DNA from: Paracoccaceae bacterium
GTDB taxonomy: Bacteria > Pseudomonadota > Alphaproteobacteria > JAPKNN01
Reading direction: 5' to 3'
Assembly (NCBI GenBank): GCA_040266715.1
Contig: JAPKNN010000012.1
Span: 18-64,017, forward strand
Length of the DNA: 64,000 nucleotides
Shown here: positions 18,671 through 29,833 of the stretch, piece by piece
How the letters are laid out: every line of letters begins with the position of its first letter
Numbering within the stretch: the first letter of the stretch is position 1
The notes under the pieces: generated by a model
What the model saw: the letters and a program-made list of their open reading frames with translations, nothing else
Told to the model about the DNA's origin: nothing
Databases searched by the model: none
Program-made: the position numbers and the translations under genes

Positions 18671-19069
18671 TTATTCCTCTTTTTCAGATGGTGATATATT
18701 TGCCCATAATTTATCAAGATTATAGAATGTACGTGTTTCCTCTGTGAATATATGTACAATCATATCTCCTAAATCAAGCAAAATCCACTGGCTATTCTCT
18801 AACCCTTCTACTGAAAGATAAGCGTGCTTTTGCTCTTTAACTTTTTCAATTACATGATGTGCTAAAGATTGTGCATGTCGTCGTGAACGTCCTGAAACGA
18901 TTATCATATCTTCTGCCAGACTCGTTTGTGCACCAATATTTATATGATTAATATCGTAGCCCTTTGCGTCTTCTAGCACCTGTATGATGGTTAGATGAGT
19001 TAATGGTGCATTATGTGATGGTGTTTGCCAATTCATTTGCTTTTTGCTTTGTATAATTTTCATTGTCAA
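18671..19069 (-). CDS. rsfS: Ribosomal silencing factor RsfS (Iojap)
   Basis: 132 aa; the WILLDLGDMIVHIFTEETRTFYNLDKLW block is characteristic of RsfS. Confidence 0.85.
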   Translation of the reverse strand: MTMKIIQSKKQMNWQTPSHNAPLTHLTIIQVLEDAKGYDINHINIGAQTSLAEDMIIVSGRSRRHAQSLAHHVIEKVKEQKHAYLSVEGLENSQWILLDLGDMIVHIFTEETRTFYNLDKLWANISPSEKEE

Positions 19070-19093
19070 CTTTCGTTTATAGACTTTTTATCT

Positions 19094-20929
19094 TTATTGT
19101 ATTTCATTATAAAGCCAATTTTTTTCTTTGGCATTAATGTCATTTTTTACTTCAGCGTAGCATCTATCATGGTAGGTTTTTAACCATGATTTCTCTTTCG
19201 CATTCAAAAGGGAATTATCAATTAAAAGCGGCTCAAAGGGAACATAACTTAATGTCTCAAAGTACAATATCTTTTTTTTACCCTTATCCGATTGAGATTT
19301 TTCTTTTACAATTGCTAAATTTTCTAACCTAATACCATAATGATCTTCTTTATAATAGCCTGGTTCTAAAGAAATAATCACTCCTTCCTTTAAAGACAAA
19401 TCTACCCGTCGTGAAATTGCGTATGGAGGTTCGTGTACACTTGCATAACTCCCAACGCCATGACCTGTACCGTGATCGTAATCCATATTATGTGTATTTA
19501 GTGGAAGTCTTGCAATCATGTCTAGTTCTGACAGTTTCGTTTCATGCGTAAATTCAGCACAAGATATTGCAATTAGAGCTTTTAAAACATACGTATATAC
19601 ATATTTAAGCTGTAAATCTGATGGTTCTTTTTGTATTAAGGTACGCGTTATATCAGTCGTACCGCAAAGATATTGCCCGCCAGAATCGACTAATAATGGC
19701 ATAGTTGGCGATATCTGAGCATTACTATCGCTATCAACGCGATAATGTATAATAGCACCATTTTTTGCACTTCCAGATATAGTTGGAAATGAAATATCTT
19801 TAAGAAAATTATTTTTTCGTCGAAATTTTTCTAATTTTTTTACAATATCTATTTCATATAAAGGTTTAGACATATTGTAATTTTTAAACCAATACATAAA
19901 ACGGCACATGGCTATGGCATCATAATAATGCGCCAATTGCGCCCCTTTTATTTCTACTTTATTTTTTATGCTACGAAATTGGACACAAGGGTCTTCTATG
20001 TTTTTTATAACTTGTTGGGTATTGCTAATTATATCATAATAAGCGATACAAAAGGTTTTTTTATCTATACTTATTTTGCTTTTTACTTCTTTTTTATTGA
20101 AATTATCTAAATAATTTTCAAATCTTTCCTCAGCTAGACATTCCATATCCTGAGTTAGTTCTTTATACAAGTCACCTGTCATTCTGTTTTTATTGCAAAA
20201 CAAAGTCATAGTACCGTTTGCGGATATAATAAGGCGTAATAAAGCTATCGGTGTGTGCGGTATATCATGTCCACGTATATTACAAAGCCATGCAACGCAA
20301 GTTGGGTCGCTTATAATATGGTAGTCACATTCTTGCTTTTTTAGTATGCCACATAATTGGCTTACTTTATCTCTTGTAGTGCAACCACTATATTCAAAGG
20401 GATGCCTATAGATTTGACTATAAACTAATGTCGCTCTTTTTTTCCATAATTCTTTAAATGGGTTCTCAATTATGGGGTACATAATCTTTTTTGCGTCTTT
20501 ATTATGTACCTTTTCTAACTGTTCTAAAATTCTATCATATTGATCTACTGAAACACGATAGGGATCATACCCAATCTTCTGATCAGATTTTATATGATGA
20601 CTTAGATATATATCAGGATTGTCTTGTATATAATGTTTTATAGTAAAGTCTTCAACATTAATTTGACTTGCTGCTTGTAAGATATAGCGCCCATCTGTAA
20701 ACAAAATGGCCGTATTATCAGTAATAACTGCTCTTCCCATACTTCCAGAGAAACCTGTCAGCCAGTATAAATTTTGCTCATCTTCAGGTACAAACTCACA
20801 AAAAAACGGATCATTATGTCCTACAATATACATGTCTATATTATGCTCACGCATCCAGGCACGAAACGTTCTCAATCTTTCTTTTAATTGTTGTAAATCA
20901 ATTTTTTTTACCGTAAAGTCTTGATACAT
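19094..20929 (-). CDS. Xaa-Pro aminopeptidase (M24 family, aminopeptidase P-like)
   Basis: 611 aa; HGTGHGVG and pita-bread fold motifs (VDSGGQY..GTTDITRT, EPGYY). Confidence 0.8.
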   Translation of the reverse strand: MYQDFTVKKIDLQQLKERLRTFRAWMREHNIDMYIVGHNDPFFCEFVPEDEQNLYWLTGFSGSMGRAVITDNTAILFTDGRYILQAASQINVEDFTIKHYIQDNPDIYLSHHIKSDQKIGYDPYRVSVDQYDRILEQLEKVHNKDAKKIMYPIIENPFKELWKKRATLVYSQIYRHPFEYSGCTTRDKVSQLCGILKKQECDYHIISDPTCVAWLCNIRGHDIPHTPIALLRLIISANGTMTLFCNKNRMTGDLYKELTQDMECLAEERFENYLDNFNKKEVKSKISIDKKTFCIAYYDIISNTQQVIKNIEDPCVQFRSIKNKVEIKGAQLAHYYDAIAMCRFMYWFKNYNMSKPLYEIDIVKKLEKFRRKNNFLKDISFPTISGSAKNGAIIHYRVDSDSNAQISPTMPLLVDSGGQYLCGTTDITRTLIQKEPSDLQLKYVYTYVLKALIAISCAEFTHETKLSELDMIARLPLNTHNMDYDHGTGHGVGSYASVHEPPYAISRRVDLSLKEGVIISLEPGYYKEDHYGIRLENLAIVKEKSQSDKGKKKILYFETLSYVPFEPLLIDNSLLNAKEKSWLKTYHDRCYAEVKNDINAKEKNWLYNEIQ

Positions 20930-21071
20930 TTTTTATAATATTTATTGATATCCGTTTTGCTTTTTTAAATTTTTTATAGCATAGATATTTTTATAAATTA
21001 ATGCTTTAATTATTTCTTTTTATTCATGGCAAAATGCGTTATATAGAGAAAATTACATACACACTAAATCT

Positions 21072-22292
21072 ATGCGTAAAAAAATTCATACAGTTGTACT
21101 CGCTTACTCGGGAGGTTTGGACACTTCGGTTATAGTCAAGTGGTTGCAAAAAACCTACAATGTAGAAGTTATAGCATTTACGGCTGATATCGGTCAAACG
21201 GTATCAGAAGAAAAGGTTCGTTATAATGCGCGCCTAAATGGAGTAAATAAACTCTATTATGAAGATTTAAAAGAGGAATTTGTAAGAGATTACGTTTTTC
21301 CCGTTTTTAGGGCAAATGCTGTTTATGAGGGCGTTTATTTATTAGGTACTTCAATCGCAAGACCTTTAATTGCCAAAAGACAAATTGAAATTGCTCAAGA
21401 AAATCAAGCCGAAGCAGTAAGTCATGGAGCAACGGGAAAGGGGAATGATCAAATACGCTTTGAATTAAGTTATTACGCACTTAATCCAGATATTACAATT
21501 ATAGCACCATGGAGAGAATGGGATCTCACAAGCCGCTCTAAATTAATAGCCTTCGCACAAGAAAATCAAATTATCATTCCTAAGGATAAAAAAGGAGAAC
21601 CCCCATTCTCAGTTGATGAAAATTTATTACATACTTCATCTGAGGGGAAAATTTTAGAGGATCCTAGTCAAGAGCCGCCCGAATATGTTTATCAACGTAC
21701 TGTATCACCTATGGATGCACCCGATAAACCTGAAGATATTAAAATCGATTTTTATAAAGGTGATCCTGTATCAGTTAATGCATACAATGCTAATCCAGCA
21801 GAAATATTATCAACATTAAATACACTCGCACAAAGAAATGGGATTGGGCGTGTTGATATGGTTGAAAATAGATTTATTGGCATGAAATCACGTGGCATTT
21901 ATGAAACCCCAGGTGGAACGATTTTAATGAAAGCTAGGCGCGCTATGGAATCGCTAACTTTGGACAAAGGAGCTTCACATCTTAAGGATGAGTTAATGCC
22001 TAAATATGCGGAATTGATCTATAATGGTATGTGGTTTTCACCAGAGCGAAAAATGTTGCAGGCAGCTATAGATTTAGCTTCTCAATCCGTAACAGGAAGT
22101 GTTAAAATGCGTCTTTATAAGGGTAATATAATTATAACTGGCATTACATCTGAGCAATCGTTATATTCGTTAGAGCATGTTACATTTGAAGAAGATGACG
22201 TTTATGATCAAAAAGATGCAGAGGGCTTTATTAAACTTAATGCACTACGTTTACGTTTATTAAAAAAACAACAGAGTTTAGGGAATACATAA
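21072..22292 (+). CDS. argG: Argininosuccinate synthase
   Basis: 406 aa; [11 protein letters not shown]-loop; conserved ArgG blocks throughout. Confidence 0.95.
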   Translation: MRKKIHTVVLAYSGGLDTSVIVKWLQKTYNVEVIAFTADIGQTVSEEKVRYNARLNGVNKLYYEDLKEEFVRDYVFPVFRANAVYEGVYLLGTSIARPLIAKRQIEIAQENQAEAVSHGATGKGNDQIRFELSYYALNPDITIIAPWREWDLTSRSKLIAFAQENQIIIPKDKKGEPPFSVDENLLHTSSEGKILEDPSQEPPEYVYQRTVSPMDAPDKPEDIKIDFYKGDPVSVNAYNANPAEILSTLNTLAQRNGIGRVDMVENRFIGMKSRGIYETPGGTILMKARRAMESLTLDKGASHLKDELMPKYAELIYNGMWFSPERKMLQAAIDLASQSVTGSVKMRLYKGNIIITGITSEQSLYSLEHVTFEEDDVYDQKDAEGFIKLNALRLRLLKKQQSLGNT

Positions 22293-22294
22293 TA

Positions 22295-22681
22295 ATGAAA
22301 CCAAAACAGGCATCTAGCCTTAGTATAAAAAGAATCGGATGTGCTATAATTTATTCAATTCAGGGGATCCAACACGCTTTAGAAACACAGGCAGCATTTA
22401 AACAGATTACTACTTCCTTTTTCTTAGCACAGATACTCAATTACTTTACGCCTTTTACGGATAGGAGTGAAAAATATTTATTATTTGCTTTGCTTTTTAT
22501 TCCTTTAATTACAGAGATATGTAATTGTGCCATTGAAAATCTTGCCGATGCCATTAGCGAAGAGTATTCAGAAAAAATAAAAAATGCTAAGGATTGCGCT
22601 AGTGCAATGACTTTTTTGTCTATTACTATGCTGGTTTTCTTATACTCCATGATGTTTTATAATTACTTTTGGGGTAATTAA
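22295..22681 (+). CDS. dgkA: Diacylglycerol kinase
   Basis: 128 aa with 3 TM helices; TEICNCAIENLADAI matches the DgkA E..NSAIE..D signature. Confidence 0.7.
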   Translation: MKPKQASSLSIKRIGCAIIYSIQGIQHALETQAAFKQITTSFFLAQILNYFTPFTDRSEKYLLFALLFIPLITEICNCAIENLADAISEEYSEKIKNAKDCASAMTFLSITMLVFLYSMMFYNYFWGN

Positions 22682-22750
22682 CTCTTATAATAAGGAATAA
22701 TGCTCTAACTTTTTACATTATCTCATCATGTTAGTATAATTACGCTAATT

Positions 22751-22837
<87 letters not shown>

Positions 22838-23001
22838 TCTTAGTTTATACAGCTTTTTATCCATAAAAATTAAGGTATGATTTAACCGTTATTCGGCATA
22901 TTTTAAATAACATACGATAAATATAGAGCGTATTTATTTAAAGAATACAAGGGAGTTTTCTTATATTAAATATGATTTAAAACAACAATATTAGACTGTA
23001 G

Positions 23002-23559
23002 CTATTCTATGGTTTTAATCATCCTTTTTACAGTGTTATCTTTATCAATAAAATGATGTTTAAGAGCTGCTAAAGCGTGTATTATAACAAAAAACATCAG
23101 TGAAAGTGCAAAAAGCATATGCGCATTTTTAATAATTCCTACTTTTGATGGTTCAATAGTTATCATTGCAGGAAAATCAAACAATCCAAACACAGATATA
23201 GGATGCCCCCTTGAAGTCACCATAAAATAGCCTGTCAATATAACCGCAAAAATAATAACGTAAAATAGTATATGTACTATTTTTGCTGCTACTCTTTCAT
23301 ATGTTTTATGGCTTGGAAGCATTTTCGGAGCGGTATTTGAAAAGCGCCACACTATTCTTAACAAGAGGAAAAAAAAGAGTAAAACGCCGATGCTTTTGTG
23401 TATAAAAGGAGCCGTACGATACCATTCATGGGAAGGATCTAAATTATGCATCCAAATGCCTAATATAAAAGTTGCAATAATTACTATTGCACTAAACCAA
23501 TGAAAGAAACGTGATATACCACTCCATGACTTTTCTGTATCAAATACACTAGATAACAT
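23002..23559 (-). CDS. Cytochrome b561 family protein
   Basis: 185 aa; four TM helices with conserved His positions (HWFSAIVI..., HKSIG, HAL..LKHH). Confidence 0.7.
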   Translation of the reverse strand: MLSSVFDTEKSWSGISRFFHWFSAIVIIATFILGIWMHNLDPSHEWYRTAPFIHKSIGVLLFFFLLLRIVWRFSNTAPKMLPSHKTYERVAAKIVHILFYVIIFAVILTGYFMVTSRGHPISVFGLFDFPAMITIEPSKVGIIKNAHMLFALSLMFFVIIHALAALKHHFIDKDNTVKRMIKTIE

Positions 23560-23624
23560 TAAAATATACTCCTATTATATAATTTATACTAAACCTAATT
23601 TATATAAGGCAATATTACAATAAT

Positions 23625-24308
23625 TTAATATGTATGACGCATTAAATATCGCTCAAGAATAACCATTAATTGTGTTAAAATAAAGTTTAACATTAAATAA
23701 ATAAATCCAGCAATCATAAATACTTCTATAGGCTGATATGTCATTGCTATAATTTTTTTTGATACGCCAGTGATTTCCATAATCGTTATTGTTGAAGCAA
23801 GGGAAGTAGATTTTACCATCAGAATAACTTCATTTCCATATGCGGGTAAAGCTATGCGTATAGCTATTGGAAAGATTATGCGAGTGAAGGCTTTTAATTT
23901 TGTCATACCAATAGCGTAAGCGGCTTCTATAGAACCGAAAGGAACTGTTTCAATCGCTCCTCGAATAATTTGGCTTGTATAGGCCCCCGTGTTAAGCGAT
24001 AATGCTAAAATTGCGCAGAACCATGCATCCTTAAAAAACATCCATAAACCGATCGAATCTAAAAAATTATGGAACTGGCCCGATCCGTAATAGATTAGAA
24101 ATATTTGTATTAATAATGGCGTTGAACGAAATAAATACACATACCCCTTAGCTACGTTCTTAATGATGCTATAACGTGATAATTCTGCCAAAGCTATTAT
24201 TACAGCTAATATAATACCAATACTTAAAGAAGCTAAAGCAAGTATGATGGTTTTATCAAGCCCTCCTAAAATTTTAGGAAATGCTGTATATATTAATTCA
24301 AAATCCAT
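23625..24308 (-). CDS. Polar amino acid ABC transporter permease (HisM/ArtQ-like)
   Basis: EAA loop (EAAYAIGMTKLKAFTRIIFPIAIRIALPAYGNE); 5 TM helices. Confidence 0.8.
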   Translation of the reverse strand: MDFELIYTAFPKILGGLDKTIILALASLSIGIILAVIIALAELSRYSIIKNVAKGYVYLFRSTPLLIQIFLIYYGSGQFHNFLDSIGLWMFFKDAWFCAILALSLNTGAYTSQIIRGAIETVPFGSIEAAYAIGMTKLKAFTRIIFPIAIRIALPAYGNEVILMVKSTSLASTITIMEITGVSKKIIAMTYQPIEVFMIAGFIYLMLNFILTQLMVILERYLMRHTY

Positions 24309-24370
24309 TACTTACCTTCAATATTATTGCATCAATTAATAAATTATAGTTTTTTAATCTTAAATTAACT

Positions 24371-25117
24371 TTATTGTAGAGATTTCTCGCCTTTTTTACT
24401 CCATGCTTCAATGCGATAAAATACTCTTTGTGATATCCATGCTAGAAACAAGAATAGCAATAAGGCGATGAAATAAAATAAAAAAGGCTGTTTTGTTGAA
24501 CCCGCTCCGAGTGTAGCTACACGTATTATCTCAACAAATCCAACTATAGAAATTAGTGATGTGTCTTTTAAGACAAATTGCCAAATATTTCCCAATCCTG
24601 GAAGAGCGTAACGGGCAGCCTGAGGGAATAAAATACGTATTGCTACTTGTCTTCTGCTCATACCAACAGAATATGCAGCTTCTAATTGCCCTTTACGCAC
24701 TGATAAGATCGCTCCTCTTATAACTTCAGTGCTATAGGCCCCCGAACTTAAACCTATACAAAGGGCACCAATAATAAAAACTGGAAGATCAATATATCCA
24801 TCATAGCCAAAAAGTGCGGAAGCTATTGAACGTAACAAAGCTCCACCACCAAAAAAAAACAAATATATTACTAATAATTCAGGTATTCCTCTCAATACAG
24901 TCGTATAAACATTTCCAAATATTCTTAGCGACCTATAGGAGGAAAGCTTGAAATTTGCAAATACAACACCAAAAAATAAGCTTATAATAAAGGCCACGAT
25001 AGAAACGGAAAACGTCATAACCATGCCTATAGAAAACTCATCAAGCCAACCAGAATTTCCCCAACCTAAAAGTGATAAATCCATAATACACTCAGGATTC
25101 CTGAACGCATATATCAA
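24371..25117 (-). CDS. Polar amino acid ABC transporter permease (HisQ-like)
   Basis: EAA loop (EAAYSVGMSRRQVAIRILFPQAARYALPGLGN). Confidence 0.8.
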   Translation of the reverse strand: MIYAFRNPECIMDLSLLGWGNSGWLDEFSIGMVMTFSVSIVAFIISLFFGVVFANFKLSSYRSLRIFGNVYTTVLRGIPELLVIYLFFFGGGALLRSIASALFGYDGYIDLPVFIIGALCIGLSSGAYSTEVIRGAILSVRKGQLEAAYSVGMSRRQVAIRILFPQAARYALPGLGNIWQFVLKDTSLISIVGFVEIIRVATLGAGSTKQPFLFYFIALLLFLFLAWISQRVFYRIEAWSKKGEKSLQ

Positions 25118-25156
25118 ATAAATGCGTTCAGGATCTGTTTCATTTGTTATGACCTA

Positions 25157-25990
25157 TTAATTACGTGGAGCCGTGTCAAAGCCAAACCATTTTACGGATA
25201 ATTTCTGTAAAGAACCATCTTTCATCATTGATTCAATGGCGCTAGAAAATTTATTGCGTAAATCTGTGTCTTCTTTACGTAGTCCTACTCCTACTCCTTG
25301 TCCTAATATACCTCCTGTAACGGATGGGCCAACTTCCATTATGGTATTATTTTTTTCCATAGCAGGCTTAATAGAAGAAATCGCTGTAAAGCCAGCGTCA
25401 ATTCTTTTTGCCTCTAAATCTAATAACATGTTATCCATTGTATCATAGGATTTTAAAGCTATTTCTGGAAGATACTTTTTCATAAATGCCTCATGTGTAG
25501 TTGACGTTTGTACACCAACAACTTTTCCTTGCATGGCCTTTTTAATTTCCATGATAGATTTTTTTTCTCCTGAATCTAATTTTGGCAATGAGAGATATTT
25601 ACTAGCAACATCCATTTTTGCTAAAGAATTTGACTTTAAAACAGCAAAACGTAGCGGTTCTGTTGAATATGAACGTGAGAAAGAAATTGTTTTCTGCCTT
25701 TCTGCGGTTATTGACATACCAGCCATAATGGCATCATATTTTTTTGCAACAAGTGAAGGTATTATACCATCCCAAGGTTGTTCAACTATCTCACACTTTA
25801 GTTTTGCTTTTTCACACAGCATTTTAGCAAGGTCAACTTCAAAACCGACCAAATTACCAGCGGCATCTTTAAAGTTATAAGGTGCATAGGCACCCTCTGT
25901 AGCAATTTTTACAGTTGCTGCAAAAGCCGAGCCATAAAAATTTGCTGCTAAAAAACTTAGTATTATTAAAGATTGAATTATTTTTTTCAT
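25157..25990 (-). CDS. Periplasmic amino-acid-binding protein (family 3 solute-binding protein; Lys/Arg/Orn- or His-binding type)
   Basis: Signal peptide; GFEVDLAKMLC and DAIMAGMSITAERQK blocks typical of LAO/HisJ binding proteins. Confidence 0.8.
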   Translation of the reverse strand: MKKIIQSLIILSFLAANFYGSAFAATVKIATEGAYAPYNFKDAAGNLVGFEVDLAKMLCEKAKLKCEIVEQPWDGIIPSLVAKKYDAIMAGMSITAERQKTISFSRSYSTEPLRFAVLKSNSLAKMDVASKYLSLPKLDSGEKKSIMEIKKAMQGKVVGVQTSTTHEAFMKKYLPEIALKSYDTMDNMLLDLEAKRIDAGFTAISSIKPAMEKNNTIMEVGPSVTGGILGQGVGVGLRKEDTDLRNKFSSAIESMMKDGSLQKLSVKWFGFDTAPRN

Positions 25991-26039
25991 ATACTTCCCC
26001 TTTATTGTGTTTTCTATTTAGTATGGTGTGTTTATTTTT

Positions 26040-26846
26040 TTACAATATATTTTGCAAAAAATCTTTACTTTCTTTTGTTTGCGGTTTTGAAAAGAAATCT
26101 TCTGGTTTTCCTTCTTCAACAATTTTTCCTTGATGTAAAAATGCGACTTTAGCGGATACATCTCTAGCAAAATTCATTTCATGTGTAACTATTATCATAG
26201 TACGCCCTTCCTCAGCGAGTGATTTCATGACATTAAGCACCTCGCCTACCAATTCTGGATCAAGCGAAGAAGTGGGTTCATCAAAAAGCATTATATCGGG
26301 TGACATAGCAAGAGCTCTTGCTATAGCAACACGTTGCTGCTGTCCTCCAGACAAATAAGCAGGGTAATGAGCTCTTTTATCCACAATGCCAACCTTTTCT
26401 AGCAAACTTATTGCGGTCTCCTTCGCTTTCTCCTCAGAGATTTTTAAAACTTGTATCGGACCTTCTATAATGTTTTCTAACACTGTCATGTGTTCCCAAA
26501 GATTAAAGCTTTGAAATACCATTGACATTCTTGCACGCAACGCAACTATCTTCTTTTGCTCACGCTTAAAAAAGCTTTGTGGATCTGTATCTATATTAAA
26601 ATTACTATCTCTAAAACATATAGAGCCACTATCTGGAATTTCTAAAAAATTAAGACAGCGTAAAAATGTACTTTTACCAGAACCTGAACTTCCCAGTAAA
26701 CTAATCACTTCTCCCTGTGAAGCTGTTAGTGATATCTCCTGTAATACTTTTAGATTTGCAAAGCTCTTAGATACTTTTGTTACTTTTAATACTGGCTGTA
26801 AACACATATTCTGTAAACGCGTATTTTTTTGCTCTGAGATAATCAT
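26040..26846 (-). CDS. Amino acid ABC transporter ATP-binding protein (HisP-like)
   Basis: Walker [10 protein letters not shown]; signature [15 protein letters not shown]; Walker [12 protein letters not shown]; H-loop. It completes the operon with the binding protein and the two permeases. Confidence 0.88.
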   Translation of the reverse strand: MIISEQKNTRLQNMCLQPVLKVTKVSKSFANLKVLQEISLTASQGEVISLLGSSGSGKSTFLRCLNFLEIPDSGSICFRDSNFNIDTDPQSFFKREQKKIVALRARMSMVFQSFNLWEHMTVLENIIEGPIQVLKISEEKAKETAISLLEKVGIVDKRAHYPAYLSGGQQQRVAIARALAMSPDIMLFDEPTSSLDPELVGEVLNVMKSLAEEGRTMIIVTHEMNFARDVSAKVAFLHQGKIVEEGKPEDFFSKPQTKESKDFLQNIL

Positions 26847-26964
26847 ATAAAAAATACACTTTTTTAGTGCATTAATTAAATAATTAACTATTTTTACAAC
26901 TTATTAGTATAATTTACATTATTCGCATATTTTACTAACTATTATCCAGTTATAAAGCATTTCT

Positions 26965-27303
26965 ATGAAAAAACAACATATAAAATATAACTTAACGCAG
27001 GAAGAGCTAAAAAGAGTAAAACGGGCAGATAAAAAAATAAAAGCTTATTATAAAAATTTCTGTAATAGTTTTGATCAATTAGAAAGGCAGATTATATTTC
27101 TTACCAGAAATACGCCAAAAAACTCTTTAAGTCTAACTTTAGACTTAATTAATGAGTGTGAAGAAAAAGGCGATTTCTACGCCGATGATGATATACTTTT
27201 TTTTCTTAAAAGAGCTAGACTTTTCACACATAATAGCCAATTATTGCTTGACTTAAAATATGAGGCCAGCGTATTGAGAAAATTTTTATACGAAAAAATT
27301 TAA
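26965..27303 (+). CDS. Hypothetical protein
   Basis: 112 aa; no recognisable family; lies at the left edge of the AT-rich accessory segment. Confidence 0.25.
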   Translation: MKKQHIKYNLTQEELKRVKRADKKIKAYYKNFCNSFDQLERQIIFLTRNTPKNSLSLTLDLINECEEKGDFYADDDILFFLKRARLFTHNSQLLLDLKYEASVLRKFLYEKI

Positions 27304-27788
27304 TATATTTATCTATAATATTTTTATTTAACTGTATGATGCTATTCATACTTACATTTGTATGAATGTATGTTGCATAAGTAATATTAGCTAATTGAAC
27401 ATTTTATGTTGTTTATAATCTATTATCACATAGTATATTCTATTGTAGTATAATAGCTAAGCATTCATGCGTTTACCAATTGCCTATTTTTATTTTTAGC
27501 ACGGGGGTTGGTGATTCTTTTACAAATACAATGCCATTATGACACATACACCTAATAATTGGCGGAATTTCTTGATGTTTTATAATTTTTATATATCATT
27601 TTGGTCTTTTGGTTTATCGTTGTAATGTAAATTTATGTATTTGTTAACATATCAACAGCCTACAAGATTTAAAATTTGTGAGTGAATAAAACTAGAAAGG
27701 TCGTGCTATCTCTTTATCAGCAAATCAATGTGCTTTTGCATTATGTAAAGAACCAAAAGGATAGATTAGCAATCTACGATTACATAAA

Positions 27789-28166
27789 ATGCTATATATA
27801 ATTAACCTTTTTTATTATGGCAGGAAAGAAGAGCCTTTAATAGCGGATGAAAAATTTCAAGCATGGGATTACGGTCCTGTTCTACCAACTCTATATCATA
27901 AATTAAAAAAATATGGCCCCAACAATATCAAATCTGATAATATAGAAAAGGTATTTGGCATATCGTCTCTAACAAATGATAGTGATGAATATACAACTAT
28001 TAAAGAAGTTTCCGAAGGATTAGAAAAATTTGAAACCTCTCAGCTGATAGCCGTTACTCACAGATCAGGAGGGGCTTGGTCACTTAACTATGAGCGTTCC
28101 CAAAATAATATAATTAAAGACGAGGATATAAAACAAGAATATCTTAATTATTATAAAAAGGCCTAA
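27789..28166 (+). pseudogene. Truncated Panacea-domain (DUF4065, SocA-antitoxin-like) gene remnant
   Basis: FQAWDYGPVLPTLYHKL matches the Panacea W-x-x-GPV-x-x-x-Y core. The N-terminal ~25-40 aa expected for the family are missing, and an in-frame stop lies 8 codons upstream of the ATG. Confidence 0.4.
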
Positions 28167-28295
28167 TATCAGATGAAAAACACATAGGTAAAAAGAATTA
28201 ACCGATAATTAGCTAAATAGTTGATATGAGCCAGAAGCCACCCAAAAATACAAAGATCTCTTCTGATGCAAGTTATTTTATAAGCACGGTAGGTT

Positions 28296-28321
28296 CAGTG
28301 GGCAGTGGGCAGTGGGCAGTG
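28296..28321. repeat. Heptanucleotide tandem repeat (CAGTGGG) x3.7, overlapping the GTG start of the next ORF
   Basis: Read directly: cagtgggcagtgggcagtgggcagtg. Confidence 0.9.
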
Positions 28322-28653
28322 AATCAGTAGATTCTGCAAAAGATGAAGCTTTTGCTAGTTTGGAAGAAGAGAATAGTGTTTTTCTTATTAAAAAGAAAAT
28401 TGAGAAAGACAGGGTTAAGAATGATTTTCTAATAGAAAAAAACATTAAAAAAATTCTACTTCTCTGTATTATGTTTTTGATATGTGCATTTACTTCTTTT
28501 CTTATCATATATCTTATATATTTATGGTTTCCGCAGTTTTCTCCAGAAGCTAATATAGGTAAAATCGAACAAGTTATCTTACTTGTTTTGCAAGGATTTT
28601 TTGCATCTATAGTTACTATTTTTGTCAGTAACTATCTAAAGAAAACAAATTAA
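28312..28653 (+). CDS. Hypothetical small membrane protein (GTG start inside the heptamer repeat)
   Basis: 113 aa; acidic N-terminus then two TM helices; the start codon is uncertain. Confidence 0.25.
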   Translation: MGSESVDSAKDEAFASLEEENSVFLIKKKIEKDRVKNDFLIEKNIKKILLLCIMFLICAFTSFLIIYLIYLWFPQFSPEANIGKIEQVILLVLQGFFASIVTIFVSNYLKKTN

Positions 28654-28827
28654 TTATTATACATAATATTAAAATTATTTTTTCTTAGATCTCATTTAAC
28701 GTGCATATCATTTTTGTTTCCCATGTAATGCATGTTGATTGCGGGCGATACAGTGCGTATATTAAAACATTAATACGTAACGTTATTATTATACAGAATA
28801 TATCAATTTAATGTGATATACAATATT

Positions 28828-29646
28828 TTATGCTGCCGTTTTGTAAGGTGCTTCGAATCGTTTAATCAATTCAGCTACTAATTGTATATAGGCTTTGCTT
28901 CCAACACATTTATGATCATAGAGTAATGCTGGCTTACCATAAGAAGGGGCTTCTGAAAGACGTATATTTCTTGGTATTTTAGTTTCAAAAACCAATTCTT
29001 TTAAATGATCCCGCACCTCATTCGCAACTTGCTTTGAAAGAGTGTTGCGTTGATCATACATCGTAAGTATAAGCCCCCCAATTTTTAAATTTTTGTTCGT
29101 CATATTTCTTACTTGTGATATTGTCTCTAGTATCTGACTTAGTCCCTCTAAAGCAAAGAACTCACATTGAAGCGGAATCAAAACATGTTGTGCGCAATTT
29201 AAGGCATTTATTGTTAGTAAATTAAGTGACGGAGGACAATCGACTAGAATATAATCATATTTCTTTTTAGACAAAATTATATTCAAAGCATTTTTAAGCC
29301 TATATTCCTTATCTTCACTATTGGCTAAAATTGTTTCAATGGCCATTAGATCAACTGTGGAAGTAAGAATATCTAAATGAGGGACCTTGGTTTCAACCAA
29401 ACCTTCAAGAGGCGTTTTATTTCCCATAATAATATCAAACAAAGATATAGCTCTGTTATCTTTCATTATGCCCAAACCACTTGACGCATTTCCTTGTGGA
29501 TCAATATCAATTAAAAGCACTTTCTTTTCAATCGCCGCTAAAGCAGTTGCTATATTAATTGTACTCGTTGTTTTTCCAACGCCACCTTTTTGATTTGCCA
29601 CTGCAAATATTTTAGCCTCTTGCACAACATTACTGATTTTTTGCAT
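28828..29646 (-). CDS. parA: ParA/Soj-type chromosome partitioning ATPase (no adjacent parB)
   Basis: 272 aa; deviant Walker A KGGVGKTT; IDIDPQGNAS and LSEAPSYGKP blocks, close to chromosomal Soj. Confidence 0.85.
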   Translation of the reverse strand: MQKISNVVQEAKIFAVANQKGGVGKTTSTINIATALAAIEKKVLLIDIDPQGNASSGLGIMKDNRAISLFDIIMGNKTPLEGLVETKVPHLDILTSTVDLMAIETILANSEDKEYRLKNALNIILSKKKYDYILVDCPPSLNLLTINALNCAQHVLIPLQCEFFALEGLSQILETISQVRNMTNKNLKIGGLILTMYDQRNTLSKQVANEVRDHLKELVFETKIPRNIRLSEAPSYGKPALLYDHKCVGSKAYIQLVAELIKRFEAPYKTAA

Positions 29647-29768
29647 ACAAAATCCTTCTAAATGAAATTATATTACTCTGTATATTTTGAATTCGTTCTA
29701 ATTCAATTCTTTTTTTTAACCCATTTAAAAAAGCCGTGAATAAATTTTTTATGGTATTAGTATTGGCG

Positions 29769-29784
29769 TGTTTCACGTGAAACA
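29769..29784. promoter_or_regulatory. parS site 1 (TGTTTCACGTGAAACA); the palindrome extends to 20 bp
   Basis: Exact match to the canonical 16-bp ParB-binding parS consensus; about 120 bp upstream of the parA start. Confidence 0.8.
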
Positions 29785-29817
29785 CGTTATTTTTTGATTG
29801 TAACAAATTGATATTTG

Positions 29818-29833
29818 TGTTTCACGTGAAACA
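29818..29833. promoter_or_regulatory. parS site 2 (TGTTTCACGTGAAACA); the palindrome extends to 20 bp
   Basis: Second exact copy, 49 bp from site 1. Confidence 0.8.
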
